A stretch of 64,000 nucleotides of DNA from contig OZ251518.1 in assembly GCA_965242965.1 (NCBI GenBank), forward strand, positions 320,001-384,000. The letters are read 5' to 3'. Within the stretch, counting starts at the first letter, position 1. Each line of letters starts with the position of its first letter. Below are positions 19,408 through 30,496 of the stretch, one piece after another. This stretch comes from Candidatus Poribacteria bacterium. GTDB taxonomy: Bacteria > Poribacteria > WGA-4E > WGA-3G. The position numbers and the translations under genes are program-made. The notes under the pieces were generated by a model. The model saw only the letters and a list, made by a program, of their open reading frames with translations. It made no database searches and was not told the origin of the DNA.

Positions 19408-22101
19408 TTAATTTTCCGTAACATGGGCACGGAACCAACAACGCCTCCCATCCGTTTTCAACGTAATGGCACCGAGTTCATCAGTGCGGAACAGCACACA
19501 TTCCCGTTCACGATACCGCGCAATGACCTCGGCATTCGGGAATCCAAACCGATTCCGAATGCCTAACGAAAAAAGGGCGAATTTCGGCTGGACGGCGGCT
19601 ATAAACGGCACGGTGCTTGACGTTCGGCTGCCGTGATGCGGCACTTTCAACACTTCGGCGCGCAAATCTTGCCCGGAGGCGAGGAGGCGCGTTTCTGCCT
19701 TCGCTTCAATATCACCTGTAAATAAGATGTCCACCTCGCCATAACTGAGTTTCATAACGAGGGAGTCGTCGTTGGTATCCGTGTCCGTGAGATCTGTGGA
19801 TGCAGCATCAATAGGATGCAGAAGATTGAGCGTGGCTGTCGGAGTCAATTCGATTTCTCCTGCGTATTCAAATGTTACCTCCAGGCCCTCTTCCTTGGCA
19901 TCGTTGGCAAGGTTGCGCAACTCCTGAATTGTTTGGGAATAGTCTGCATCATCCGATATGCCGAGGATGCGTTTCATCTCAAAGTTCTCCAAGATATGCG
20001 CGAGCCCGCCACCGTGGTCGATGTCTTGGTGCGACATTACTACCAGTTCCAACTCTCGGATCCCGTTCACATCAAGGTAAGGCGCGACGACGCGTTCGCC
20101 CATGTCATATTCTGCCTGCCGCTTTTTCTTTTCATTGTAATAGGAAAGCTGGACACCGCCATCAACAAGCATCGCGCGTCCATCGGGGAACTTCACCACG
20201 GCAGCATCGCCTTGCCCGACATCCAGCGTGACCACCTCTAGCAGTCGTCCTTCTTCATGAAACGCGCTGTCCCATACCCAAATTGCAACGACAGACAGCC
20301 CGATAAGGGTCGCAACCCTCCAATTTTTGTGGACGAACTGCCAATGCGTTATGCCTAAACAGACAGCAATGTAAACGACGAAGATGCCAAACGTAGGCGG
20401 TGTCATCTTCATGACGAATGATGCGTCTCCAAATGGGCCGATGAGTTTTAAAAGGATGATGATGATTAGATGGTTGAGCACGGCGAAGAGTTTCACTAAT
20501 AGGCCGATGAGTTTTAAAAGGATGATGATAATTACATGGTTGAGCCCGGCGAAGAGTTTCGCTAATGACAGCGAGATAAGCCCTACGCCTACCGATGCTA
20601 TGCCTAACACGAGGATAAGTGAAACGAGCCCGACTGCCAGGGGCCCGATGAGGATACCCCACGGATAGGCGCGGTAAAAGTGGAACGCGATGATAGGAGT
20701 TGTGCCGAGCAGTGCCGCTAACGTCACGAGATAGGAGAGAATGAGCCATTTTAATACGTGCCTCCAAGTTCTGATGTTCCAGATTCGTGAGTCGTCATCA
20801 TTTGAAGAGTCAGTGCCTTCCAAAAACCTATGAAGCGGCGTTTGCAGTTTCGGGACAAAAAAGCCAATTCCTTTCACTGCCTCAAACGACAACCAACGAA
20901 TTGTATTTTCCATTTTCGGGACGAAATAGACAATTGCTGTCACGGCGACAAACGACAACTGAAACCCGATATCCCACAATTGTGTTGGGTTCAAAAGGAG
21001 CAAAATTAAGGCGGCGAGCGCGAGTAGGTTGTAGATGTCGGCATCTCTATCAATGACAGTTGCAAGCAGAAAGAGGATTGCCATCAGTGCGGCGCGGAAA
21101 ACGGATGCCCGAAATCCGACTAGGCACGCGTAAATCAGCACTGCCGCGATGGTGATGAGCCTTATCACCTTTGTTGTTAGGTGTGGATGCTTGGGACGCA
21201 CACCGAGGACAAACGTGAATTTCATCAGACTAAAGTAACAGAACGCTGCGATGAAACCGACGTGTAATCCCGATACCGCCAAGAGGTGAAGAGTGCCGCT
21301 GTTGCGGAAGGTTTTCACCGTGTCAGTGGGTAAATCGCTCCGTTTGCCGAGCATGATGCCCTTGAGGACCTGGGCATCCAACGATTCGTTTTCATCTGCC
21401 TTATCAATGCGTAGGAAACGCAGTATGCCTTTGGTGAGACGTTCGCTCCATAGATTGTCTTGATAAACTTCATCGATAACTTCTTCGGTGCGGAGGCGCA
21501 GGGATTCTGTCCATCGGAGTGGTGGAAATCCCGCTTGCTCGCCGATTTTCAGCAGGCCTTGGTGATAGATTGTCCCGAAAACGGCTCTTCGCGCGAGATA
21601 GGCGCGGTAGTTAAAGCCGCCGGGATTGCGCTGCAGTTCGGGTTGACGTAGTGTGCCTGTCAATGTAAAACGTTTGCCGTAACGGAGCGGCTCAAGCCTC
21701 TGAAATCGGATGAGCAGTTTTGCCTGCACCGTTTCCCCTGTTTTAAGCAGTTCCAGCTCTCCGTTCGCGTAGCAAGCTTCCCACTCCTTGCCGCGTTCGG
21801 GTTGATACACAGTCTGTCCTGAAAAACTGACAGGCTCATTATAGAAATGAGAGGGGATTGGCGACGGCGTGGCGATGTCTAACCGCAGGATGCCGCTGGC
21901 GAAGATGGCGAGATGGAGCAGCGCGTAGAAAATTACTTTGCTTTTCAGGCGCGCAACCCACTGAAATAGCAAAGCGCAACTCAGACATACCAGCGTGAAG
22001 AGCCATGTCCAGAGCGGCGGCACCGCGGTGTATTCTCCTACAACGATGCCGAGCAGATAGGGGAGTAAGAAACGAAGAGCGAGTTGTAATTTGAGATGCA
22101 T
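19408..22101 (-). CDS. comEC: DNA internalisation competence protein ComEC/Rec2
   Basis: RNPGGFNY, HLLAVSGLHV, GFQLSF, LDVGQGDA, SHQDIDHGGG, KVPHHGS (metallo-beta-lactamase domain). Confidence 0.92.
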   Translation of the reverse strand: MHLKLQLALRFLLPYLLGIVVGEYTAVPPLWTWLFTLVCLSCALLFQWVARLKSKVIFYALLHLAIFASGILRLDIATPSPIPSHFYNEPVSFSGQTVYQPERGKEWEACYANGELELLKTGETVQAKLLIRFQRLEPLRYGKRFTLTGTLRQPELQRNPGGFNYRAYLARRAVFGTIYHQGLLKIGEQAGFPPLRWTESLRLRTEEVIDEVYQDNLWSERLTKGILRFLRIDKADENESLDAQVLKGIMLGKRSDLPTDTVKTFRNSGTLHLLAVSGLHVGFIAAFCYFSLMKFTFVLGVRPKHPHLTTKVIRLITIAAVLIYACLVGFRASVFRAALMAILFLLATVIDRDADIYNLLALAALILLLLNPTQLWDIGFQLSFVAVTAIVYFVPKMENTIRWLSFEAVKGIGFFVPKLQTPLHRFLEGTDSSNDDDSRIWNIRTWRHVLKWLILSYLVTLAALLGTTPIIAFHFYRAYPWGILIGPLAVGLVSLILVLGIASVGVGLISLSLAKLFAGLNHVIIIILLKLIGLLVKLFAVLNHLIIIILLKLIGPFGDASFVMKMTPPTFGIFVVYIAVCLGITHWQFVHKNWRVATLIGLSVVAIWVWDSAFHEEGRLLEVVTLDVGQGDAAVVKFPDGRAMLVDGGVQLSYYNEKKKRQAEYDMGERVVAPYLDVNGIRELELVVMSHQDIDHGGGLAHILENFEMKRILGISDDADYSQTIQELRNLANDAKEEGLEVTFEYAGEIELTPTATLNLLHPIDAASTDLTDTDTNDDSLVMKLSYGEVDILFTGDIEAKAETRLLASGQDLRAEVLKVPHHGSRTSSTVPFIAAVQPKFALFSLGIRNRFGFPNAEVIARYRERECVLFRTDELGAITLKTDGRRCWFRAHVTEN

Positions 22102-22141
22102 CTATCGGCACATCGAAAACCCGAGGGCTTCCTAACCAACC

Positions 22142-23623
22142 TTAAAAGTTGGCGAGGCGGGTTTGCAATTCTTCGGTTTGGACGGGCCGCGTGAAGTCCA
22201 TCAGATAAATCCGCATGTGATCACTCCGGTCGGAGCTGAACACCAGTTTTTTGCCGTCTCGTGACAGACTTGGTTCAAAATGCGCGCCGATGTGGTTCGT
22301 GAGTTGGATTTTGCGCGTGCCATCGGCGTTCATTATCCAGAGGGTATAGTGTCCGTGCGCGTTTGAGATGTAAATGATGCGCGTGCCATCCGGCGTGAAA
22401 ATCGGCTGATAATGGCTATTTGATGCCGCGGTGAGTTGTTTCACGTCGCCATCTTTCGCGCCATTTTTCACACTGAGAATGCAGAGTTGGTAGGCATCCT
22501 CCACGCTGGAAATGAAAGCAATCTGATTGCCATTGGGAGCCCACGCGGGATGCCCATCGTCAACTTCGTTGTCGGTGAGTTGCACTTTACCGGTGCCGTC
22601 TGTATTGACAACGTAGATTTCCAATTCATCGCTATTTTCGTTGGATTCAAAGGCGATTTTCTTTCCATCGGGTGAAAAGGCGGGGGCACTTTGCATCCCC
22701 TGCATTTCAACGAGGGGTCTTTGGTGTCGGCCATCAACTTCCATCAGATAGATTTTGGCGGTGCTTGGCACGGAGCCGCTTGCCTGAATCGGTGGCAGCA
22801 TCATCATCCCTTTGGTGCGTTCTGCAACGAAGGCAAGCGTCTTGCCATCGGGTGAAAAAGTAGGCATGTATTCGTCAAATTCTTCGGTGTGCGTGAGTTG
22901 CCGGAGTTCGCGCGTCTCTAAGTTCATCAGGTAAATCTCCCCGTTTTGAAGCCGATATGAGGCGAACGCGAGCCATTTCCCATCAGGCGAAATCGCCGGA
23001 CTGTAATCGTCGGTATATTTCGCCGTGAACGTCATGATATTGCCCTTTTCAGTGAAGGCTTGCTCGTAGTCGTCACTGCCTTCGGTACGGAGGCGTTGGA
23101 CGTGATACGCATCACCGGTGAGCCCCGCCAATTGCACAAGCACATCGGAATTCGGGGAACCGGAAGTTAGCAGGCGATGGAACTGCTCGTGTGCCAATTG
23201 CCGCTGATTCCCAAACCAATAGACGCGCCCAAGTGCGAACCTGACATCAGCTCGCTTCGGCGCGAGGCGCAACGCATTCTGAAACGCCTTAATAGCCTGC
23301 GCGTCTTCTCTTAACTGCGCATAGACGAGGCCGAGTTGATAGTATGCCTCGGCGTTAGAAGGCGCGCGTTGAAGCGTCTCCTCAAATTGGCGGACCGCGG
23401 CGGCAGTATCGCCTGTTGCGGCGAGCTGCTTACCGCGCTTAATACCCGGGTCTTCGCCGCATCCAAAGATGAGCAGGATTTGCAAGATTAGCACGATTTC
23501 CAGGATTATAGGAAATCGGGTATTGACGGTTTTCCCGGAGGCCGGGAGAGTAATGAAATGTGGCATTTTCATGGTTTTTGTTGTGCGCTGGCAAATATGA
23601 GCAGGATTGAGCAGGATTTGCAA
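22142..23623 (-). CDS. TPR + PD40/TolB-like beta-propeller lipoprotein
   Basis: LLIFGC lipobox-like motif, TPRs (AEAYYQLGLVY), repeated SPDG motifs; exact start uncertain. Confidence 0.8.
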   Translation of the reverse strand: MQILLNPAHICQRTTKTMKMPHFITLPASGKTVNTRFPIILEIVLILQILLIFGCGEDPGIKRGKQLAATGDTAAAVRQFEETLQRAPSNAEAYYQLGLVYAQLREDAQAIKAFQNALRLAPKRADVRFALGRVYWFGNQRQLAHEQFHRLLTSGSPNSDVLVQLAGLTGDAYHVQRLRTEGSDDYEQAFTEKGNIMTFTAKYTDDYSPAISPDGKWLAFASYRLQNGEIYLMNLETRELRQLTHTEEFDEYMPTFSPDGKTLAFVAERTKGMMMLPPIQASGSVPSTAKIYLMEVDGRHQRPLVEMQGMQSAPAFSPDGKKIAFESNENSDELEIYVVNTDGTGKVQLTDNEVDDGHPAWAPNGNQIAFISSVEDAYQLCILSVKNGAKDGDVKQLTAASNSHYQPIFTPDGTRIIYISNAHGHYTLWIMNADGTRKIQLTNHIGAHFEPSLSRDGKKLVFSSDRSDHMRIYLMDFTRPVQTEELQTRLANF

Positions 23624-23960
23624 GATATGAGCAGGATTTACAAGATATGAGCAGGATTTACAAGATTGAGCAAGATTTCACAGGATTAGGGATCTGGTGC
23701 ACCGGCGCGGTTTTGGCCTGCCATGGGGATTTGATGCATCAACATCTATAATCGTGATAATCGTGATAATCGTGATAATCCTGCTCGGATTTGCAAGATA
23801 TGAGCAGGATTTACAAGAGAAGACAAGATGAGCAAGATTAGGTTTTTGATAACCTGGGCCGTCGTGGCATGCCAGAACTGCATCGGTACATCGAAGTGAT
23901 AATCCTGTGAAATCTTGGTAATCTTGGAAATCCTGCTCCTAATCGTGATAATCTTGTAAG
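23597..23960. repeat. Inverted-repeat elements with arms made of short tandem units
   Basis: GAGCAGGATTT(G/A)CAAGAT units followed by complementary ATAATCGTG/ATCTTG...ATCCTGCTC arms; homologous copy at 42311-42451. Confidence 0.8.
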
Positions 23961-24008
23961 AGTGACGATCAGGAAAACCTGATCGTCTTGACAGGCGTGA
24001 CCCTGCTC

Positions 24009-25679
24009 CTATTTTTGGTGAATATCTATGCGTTGGTTTACTGTGAACTTGTCATGCATCCGTTGCGTTTCGCCGTTCGGCCAGGTGACTTCAAGCCACT
24101 CAATCTTCGTTGCTGAACCCAAACCGAATTCGGCGAGGTAACTGTTAGACGACAGGTAACTGTCACCGGCGCAAATTTCTCGCATCTGGATGGCGTTCGC
24201 CGTTTTAAGTCGGATTTTCGCGCCGATGGCGTTCCGGTTCGCACGCTTGCCGTGCAATTTAACGTGCAGCCAATTCATCCCCGTGGCATCATTTCGCAAA
24301 AGCGTCGGCGGCGCGTGGTTATTGACGATAAAAATGTCCACATCGCCATCGTTGTCGTAGTCGCCGAAGGTGGTGCCGCGCGCAACGCGGTGTGGCAACT
24401 GCGCAATGCCAGCCTCGGCACTGACATCAGTGAACGTCTCATCGCCGTTGTTGCGGAATAACGCGTCCTGTTGCGCAATGAGCACTTCGGGCTGATGTAG
24501 CTCTTGAAAAGTGCTGCCGTTCGCGACGAAGATGTCCAAATCGCCATCGTTGTCGTAGTCAAAAAGGGAAGTGCCCCACCCAATCTGCTTGATACTCACC
24601 TCCGCCAGCATCGTTGAATAGGATTCGTCAACAAATCGGATGCGCGCCTGGGTATCGTTTTCCTCTTTTAAAAGATTCCGATAGAGCGCGTTTTCCTCGT
24701 CCACCCAGTGGCTCATAAAGAGATCGGTGTCGCCATCGTTATCATAATCGCCAGTGGTGACACCCATAGAGCCGCGAAAATCCGCCGCCCACGAATCGTC
24801 ACTCACATCGGTGAACGTGCCATCGCCATTGTTGCGATACACATGGTTGACGGTGGTATCGTTCGCGACATATAAATCCAGCGCGTTGTCCCCGTTGAAG
24901 TCACTGAAGACTGCCTGCATGCTTCTGCCGCCGGTTGCTGCAACGCCTGCCTCGGCAGTAACATCGGTGAAAGTCCCGTCGCCGTTGTTACGATAGAAGA
25001 CATTATCCTGCGGTTCAAAGACGTGCGGGTTGAGCGCGCTCGGCACCGGTTTACCGGATTGCATGGACTCCGCCTTCATCTCCTCCAACTTTTCCAAATC
25101 ATAGGTAACATAGTTGCAAACGTAAAGATCCAAGTCGCCATCAGCATCTGTATCCGCGAAGGAGGCTCCCGTGCTCCACAACGGTGCGCGCGTAGAAAGC
25201 GCGTCAGCAGCATTTGGAAAAGCAACATCGGTTACGTCCGTGAACGTGCCATTCCCGTTATTGCGATAGAGGACGTTTGGACCGTAGTTGGTAACATAGA
25301 GTTCGATGTGTCCGTCACCGTTGTAATCGACGAAGACGCAACCCATGCCGTACCCGGTATCCCCTACGCCGGCGGTTTTCGTTATATCCGTAAACGTGCC
25401 ATCGCCGTTGTTGCGATAGAGCGCGTTGCGCGCCGGATGCCGATGCGTGACACCGAACGGCCCGGGAATATTGACAACGTAAATATCTAAGTCGCCATCG
25501 TTATCAATATCAGCAAACGCCGCGCCAGAGCCCATATCTTCCGGTAGCAAGGACGTGCGTTTTGGCTGCGCGCCCGCGTGTCGGAAATCGATGGCTGCCT
25601 CGCGCGTGACATCGGTAAAGGTTGCGGCGTGCGCAATCAACGGGAAAAAAGAGATGAAGAAGGCGATGATTTTTAGCAT
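24009..25679 (-). CDS. CRTAC1-family protein (FG-GAP repeats + ASPIC/UnbV)
   Basis: Signal peptide, repeated DxDxDGDLD and LYRNNGDGTFTDV, C-terminal NRNAIGA...FGLG...WPNG. Confidence 0.88.
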   Translation of the reverse strand: MLKIIAFFISFFPLIAHAATFTDVTREAAIDFRHAGAQPKRTSLLPEDMGSGAAFADIDNDGDLDIYVVNIPGPFGVTHRHPARNALYRNNGDGTFTDITKTAGVGDTGYGMGCVFVDYNGDGHIELYVTNYGPNVLYRNNGNGTFTDVTDVAFPNAADALSTRAPLWSTGASFADTDADGDLDLYVCNYVTYDLEKLEEMKAESMQSGKPVPSALNPHVFEPQDNVFYRNNGDGTFTDVTAEAGVAATGGRSMQAVFSDFNGDNALDLYVANDTTVNHVYRNNGDGTFTDVSDDSWAADFRGSMGVTTGDYDNDGDTDLFMSHWVDEENALYRNLLKEENDTQARIRFVDESYSTMLAEVSIKQIGWGTSLFDYDNDGDLDIFVANGSTFQELHQPEVLIAQQDALFRNNGDETFTDVSAEAGIAQLPHRVARGTTFGDYDNDGDVDIFIVNNHAPPTLLRNDATGMNWLHVKLHGKRANRNAIGAKIRLKTANAIQMREICAGDSYLSSNSYLAEFGLGSATKIEWLEVTWPNGETQRMHDKFTVNQRIDIHQK

Positions 25680-25715
25680 GTTTCAGTCTAGCGCGGGCTT
25701 GTCCTGCTCCCTACG

Positions 25716-27083
25716 TTATGGGACACGGGTGTCTAAAAAATTGGTGAAGACATGCCCATTCAGAAAGCGTTCATCGTTCAGAATGCTTTGATAGAGGGGT
25801 ATCGTCGTCTTAATTCCCTCGATTTTGAATTCCGAGAGCGCGCGTTTCATGCGGGTAATCGCTTCGTGCCTGTCTCTGCCGAACGCGATGAGTTTCGTGA
25901 CGAGCGAGTCGTAATGCGGCGGCACCCGATAGCCGGCGTAAATATAGCCGTCAACGCGGATACCGATTCCCCCCGGCGGTTGATAAGCCGTTATTAATCC
26001 CGGTGATGGCATGAACCCGTTGCCCGGGTCTTCGGCGTTAATGCGGCACTCGATGGCATGTCCCTCTTGGCGAATATCGGATTGGCCGTAGCCGAGTTCT
26101 TCGCCCATAGTTATCCGAATCTGCTCCTTAATCAGATCTGTGCCGGTGATGCATTCGGTAATCGTATGCTCGACTTGGATGCGGGTGTTCATCTCCAGAA
26201 AATAGAAGTTGTCGTCTGTATCAACGACGAACTCAATGGTGCCGGCGTTCGTGTATCCTATCGATTTTACCGCCTTCGCGGCGGCTTTGCAGATTTCGGC
26301 GCGGAGTTTCGGCGAGATTGATGCCGCGGGGGCTTCTTCTAGCAGTTTCTGTTGATTGCGCTGGATGGAGCATTCGCGCTCGCCGAAATGGACGGCGTTC
26401 CCGTGTGTATCGGCTAACACCTGCACCTCAATGTGCTTTGCATCTTCGATCCACTTTTCAACGTAAACTTCACCGTTGCCGAACGCCGCTTCCGCTTCCG
26501 CCTTCGCGGTATGGAAAAGGTTGAAAAGGCTCGGCTGATTGTGCGCAATACGGATGCCGCGGCCGCCACCGCCCGCGACGGCTTTGATACCGACAGGGTA
26601 TCCGATTTTTTCGGCGAGTTGCACCGCCTCTTCAGCCGTATCAACGGTGCCTTTTTTGCTATGTTTCCGTTTGCCGCCTCGGCTACCGGGGACGAGTTTC
26701 AGCCCTGCCTTCGCGACTTTCTCACGCGCTTGGACTTTGTCACCCATCGTCGCTAAATCGGTGATAGTGGGACCGATGAAGCGGATCTGGTGTGCTTCAC
26801 ACATCTCAGCAAACTGCGCATCCTCCGCAAGAAATCCTGCACCGGGATGGATAGCATCGACGTTGGCAAAATCGGCGACAGAGATGATGTTGAAATACTT
26901 CAGGTAACTATCTGCAGACGGGGGCGGCCCGATACAGTACGCCTCGTCGGCGTGTTGGACATGCAGCGCATCGGCATCCGCCGTGGAGAAGACTGCGACG
27001 GTTTTAATGCCCATATCTTTGCACGCGCGGATAATGCGGACGGCTATCTCACCTCGATTGGCGATAAGGATTTTTTTGAACAT
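25716..27083 (-). CDS. accC: Acetyl-CoA carboxylase, biotin carboxylase subunit
   Basis: [41 protein letters not shown]. Confidence 0.95.
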   Translation of the reverse strand: MFKKILIANRGEIAVRIIRACKDMGIKTVAVFSTADADALHVQHADEAYCIGPPPSADSYLKYFNIISVADFANVDAIHPGAGFLAEDAQFAEMCEAHQIRFIGPTITDLATMGDKVQAREKVAKAGLKLVPGSRGGKRKHSKKGTVDTAEEAVQLAEKIGYPVGIKAVAGGGGRGIRIAHNQPSLFNLFHTAKAEAEAAFGNGEVYVEKWIEDAKHIEVQVLADTHGNAVHFGERECSIQRNQQKLLEEAPAASISPKLRAEICKAAAKAVKSIGYTNAGTIEFVVDTDDNFYFLEMNTRIQVEHTITECITGTDLIKEQIRITMGEELGYGQSDIRQEGHAIECRINAEDPGNGFMPSPGLITAYQPPGGIGIRVDGYIYAGYRVPPHYDSLVTKLIAFGRDRHEAITRMKRALSEFKIEGIKTTIPLYQSILNDERFLNGHVFTNFLDTRVP

Positions 27084-27221
27084 TTTTGTTGTTCGCAATG
27101 CGTTTGATTAACAATATTGGTGCGAGAACGTCTCTCTACGTAAGCTAGCGTTGACTCGGTTTTCGATGCTATTCTTGACATTCTTGACGTTGCCAAGAAC
27201 AGTGACGAATCAACGTAATTT

Positions 27222-27690
27222 AGTGAGGGTGTTTCATATCTTGATGGCTTCCCGGTAGGAGAGACCTCCCGGTCTCGATGCACACCGTATCGGGACAAGG
27301 ATGTCCCTCCTACCTAAAGGCACCGGGCCCACCTCTGTAGTTCGGGAGCACCCTCCCTGTCTTGATGCCCACCGTATCGGGACAAGGATGTCCTTCCTAC
27401 CGGAAGGCATCGGGCCCACCTCTGTAGTTCGGGATCGCCTGATCCCGATCGGGTCAAGATCAGGCGATCTTGACCTACAGAGGTGAGGCGGTCTGACAGC
27501 CAAACGCATGGCGAGGGACAGGCCCTCGCCCTACGTGAAGGGCGGCTGTAGTTCGGGATCGCCTGATCCCGAACGGGTCAAGATCGTTTGGCAAATATGC
27601 CAGAACTTCAGATGATCTTGCCCTACAGGGGGGATGCGGTCTGACAGCAATACACATGGCAAGGGACAAAAGTTCCCTCGCCAGATGCCA
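27222..27690. repeat. Mosaic REP-like cluster between accB and accC
   Basis: TGAGGGTGTTTCATATC end motif; GTAG hairpins of several families. Confidence 0.82.
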
Positions 27691-27694
27691 GGGT

Positions 27695-28150
27695 TTACGT
27701 GAGCCGCGCGATTCGGAAGAGCGGCTCTCCGTATTCAACCGCTGCGCCATCCTCAGCGAGGATTTCGAGAATCTCGCAGCTGAAGGATGCCTCGACCGGG
27801 TTGTAAGTTTTCATCACTTCCAAAACGGCTAACGGGGCACCGGGGCTAACGGTATCGCCTACCTGAACGAAGGGAGGTTCGTCAGGTGCAGGCGAACGAT
27901 AGAACCGTGAGGGCATCGGCGCGGTAATAAATTCGCCTTTTTCCTCCGCAGTGGTGCCGGTGGATGTTTCAACCGGCACCATCGGCTGCGGCTGCATCGG
28001 TGTCGCGGCGGATTGTCGCGAGAGCTGCACCTCCAATTCGCCATCTCGGATGCGCAGCTCCGAGAGTTTGGCGCGCTCGGCAATAGTCACCAGGTTTTCA
28101 ACGAGCTCCAGGAGATGGTTTTCATCCTGCTCGTGCTTTTTTCGGTTCAT
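27695..28150 (-). CDS. accB: Biotin carboxyl carrier protein
   Basis: ITAPM..FYRSPAPD.PPFVQVGD, EVMK biotinylation motif, VEYGEPLF. Confidence 0.92.
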   Translation of the reverse strand: MNRKKHEQDENHLLELVENLVTIAERAKLSELRIRDGELEVQLSRQSAATPMQPQPMVPVETSTGTTAEEKGEFITAPMPSRFYRSPAPDEPPFVQVGDTVSPGAPLAVLEVMKTYNPVEASFSCEILEILAEDGAAVEYGEPLFRIARLT

Positions 28151-28167
28151 AAATCCGTCCTTACAGT

Positions 28168-28725
28168 TTAGACCCTTTCCACATATTTACCTGTCCGGGT
28201 GTCAACTTTGATGGTAGTTTCGTTTTGAACGAAGAGCGGAACGTTGACTACTGCGCCTGTTTCCAGCGTGGCGCGTTTAGAACCGCCGCTGACTGTGTCA
28301 CCCCGTAACCCCGGGTCTGTCTCGACGATTTGGAGTTCCACGAAGTTGGGCAGTTCCAGCGCGAGCGGCACCGTTCCTTCCATCTTAACGGTGACGGTGA
28401 CACCCTCCTTCAGGAACTTCATGCTGTCGCCGACGAGAGCCGTCGGCAGCGAGTGTTGCTCAAAGGTTTCGTTGTCCATGAAACTCAACATATCGCCATC
28501 ACGGTAGAGATACTGCATCTCGTGGTCCATCAGGCGTGCGGTTTCTATGGTTTGGTTGGCCCGGAACGTCCGGTCCAAGACTGCGCCATCGGTGATGCGC
28601 TTGATTTTCGTCCGAGCGAAGGCACCGCCTTTTCCCGGTTTGACGTGCTGGCAATCTACAATCGTGTAGAGGGTATCGTTGAGTCGGATTACCAACCCAT
28701 TTCGTAAATCGTTCAGTGCTGCCAT
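28168..28725 (-). CDS. efp: Elongation factor P
   Basis: HVKPGKGGAF, PGLRGDT, KRATLETG, VPLFV, DTRTGKY. Confidence 0.96.
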   Translation of the reverse strand: MAALNDLRNGLVIRLNDTLYTIVDCQHVKPGKGGAFARTKIKRITDGAVLDRTFRANQTIETARLMDHEMQYLYRDGDMLSFMDNETFEQHSLPTALVGDSMKFLKEGVTVTVKMEGTVPLALELPNFVELQIVETDPGLRGDTVSGGSKRATLETGAVVNVPLFVQNETTIKVDTRTGKYVERV

Positions 28726-28888
28726 TTTTTGGTCTTTCACAATGCGTTTGATAACACGGCTTGTGCAATGATATTAAACGCTGTAGAACTGTCATTGACG
28801 TTGAGTTGACATTGTCGATGACTATTTTTGGATTTGGGTAGGCGCGGTGGACAACGTGCGCGCTGGCACGTTTCATAGCCTGAGGCAC

Positions 28889-29677
28889 CTACCGGTGTTG
28901 TTCTAACTCTAGCCAAGGAATCGCTAACTGCAACGCCTTAGCCCTGTGGCTGATGCGGTTCTTGCATTCATCGCCGAGTTCCGCAAACGTCTTGTCATAT
29001 CCAGCGGGAACAAAAACCGGGTCATAGCCGAAACCGCCCTTTCCTACAGGAGATAGTGTGATGTGGCCTTCACAAACCCCGATAACGACCTGGGTGCTAT
29101 CAGCATGGCGAGGGACAGGCCCTCGCCCTACGAACCTAGCCGATTGGGTGCTATCAGCATGGCGAGGGACAGGATCATGTTCTATGAACCCAGCCGATTG
29201 GGTGCTATCAGCATGGCGAGGGACAGGCCCTCGCCCTACGAACCCAGCCGAGTTGCTAGGGACAGGCCCTCGCCCTACGAACCTAGCCGAGTTGCTAGGG
29301 ACAGGTTTCGCGATGGCGACGGCCGCGACGAAACGCGCGTCTCTATTCGGGTTTCCTTCCAATGCGGCGAGCAATTTTGCGATGCGCATCTCGTCAGTGG
29401 CATCCTCGCCTGCCCAACGTTTTGAATGGACACCCGGGGCCCCGTCAAGTGCAGCAACCTCTAACCCTGCATCATCGGCGAGGGTGAGATGGCCTGTGTA
29501 ATCGGCGATAGCGTTCGCTTTTTTGCAGGCGTTCTCGGCGTAGGTTTCGCCATCTTCCACGATGTCCGGCGCGTCCGGAAAGTCGTGCAAGGCGCAAATC
29601 TGCAGGTATCGCGATTTAAGCATGTCCCTCAACTCACGGACTTTGCCGAGGTTCCGGGTTGCCAAGACGAGCTTCAT
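28889..29677 (-). CDS. rdgB: Non-canonical purine NTP pyrophosphatase with an in-frame repeat insertion
   Basis: [45 protein letters not shown]; follows rph. Confidence 0.9.
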   Translation of the reverse strand: MKLVLATRNLGKVRELRDMLKSRYLQICALHDFPDAPDIVEDGETYAENACKKANAIADYTGHLTLADDAGLEVAALDGAPGVHSKRWAGEDATDEMRIAKLLAALEGNPNRDARFVAAVAIAKPVPSNSARFVGRGPVPSNSAGFVGRGPVPRHADSTQSAGFIEHDPVPRHADSTQSARFVGRGPVPRHADSTQVVIGVCEGHITLSPVGKGGFGYDPVFVPAGYDKTFAELGDECKNRISHRAKALQLAIPWLELEQHR

Positions 29678-30410
29678 CTAATTTCTCCAACATTATGCGG
29701 TTTTGTAAGCGGACAAGCTGCTGGATGCCGCCAACGGCGAGGTCCAACAGTTTGTCGCTTTCCTCGCGCGAGAAGGGCTGTTCCTCGGCGGTGCCTTGCA
29801 CCTCGATGAACTTTCCGTTCCCTGTCATAACGATGTTCATATCAACATCAGCGGTTGAATCTTCGGCATAACAGAGGTCCAGCATCGGTGTGCCGTTGAT
29901 AATTCCGACGCTCGTGGCGGCGATGTTATCCAGTATCGGGAATGCCTTGATTCGCTTTTGCTCCACCAAGTATTGGCATGCGTCCCAGAGGGCGATGAAT
30001 CCGCCGGTAATGGCGGCGGTTCGGGTGCCGCCATCGGCTTGGATGACATCGCAATCTATCCAGATTGTTTGTTCCGCCAGTGCGTCCAAATCTACGGCGG
30101 CGCGCAAGGAACGTCCAATCAGCCGTTGGATTTCCTGTGTTCTTCCGCCGGGTCCGCCGCGTGTTGCTTCGCGCTGCATCCGTCGTGACGTAGAGCGCGG
30201 GAGCATGGAATACTCGGCTGTCACCCAGCCTCTATCCCGAATCCGTTGCTCGCGCATGAACCGAGGTTGCGCGTCTTGAACAGAAGCGGTGCAAATAATT
30301 CGGGTATCCCCTGTCGTGATGAGGACAGAACCTTCCGCATGTTTGATGTAGTGCCGCTGGATGGTAATCGGACGCATCTCGTCTGCGCGGCGGCCATCAA
30401 CTCTTTTCAT
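29634..30410 (-). CDS. rph: Ribonuclease PH
   Basis: [48 protein letters not shown]. Confidence 0.96.
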   Translation of the reverse strand: MKRVDGRRADEMRPITIQRHYIKHAEGSVLITTGDTRIICTASVQDAQPRFMREQRIRDRGWVTAEYSMLPRSTSRRMQREATRGGPGGRTQEIQRLIGRSLRAAVDLDALAEQTIWIDCDVIQADGGTRTAAITGGFIALWDACQYLVEQKRIKAFPILDNIAATSVGIINGTPMLDLCYAEDSTADVDMNIVMTGNGKFIEVQGTAEEQPFSREESDKLLDLAVGGIQQLVRLQNRIMLEKLDEARLGNPEPRQSP

Positions 30411-30496
30411 GTGCCGTTTCCTCTTTTTCGTCCTTCGCAAAAGGTAGCGTGCTTATGCGAGGCAACGCACGGTTGTCAATTGTCAATTGACAGTCT

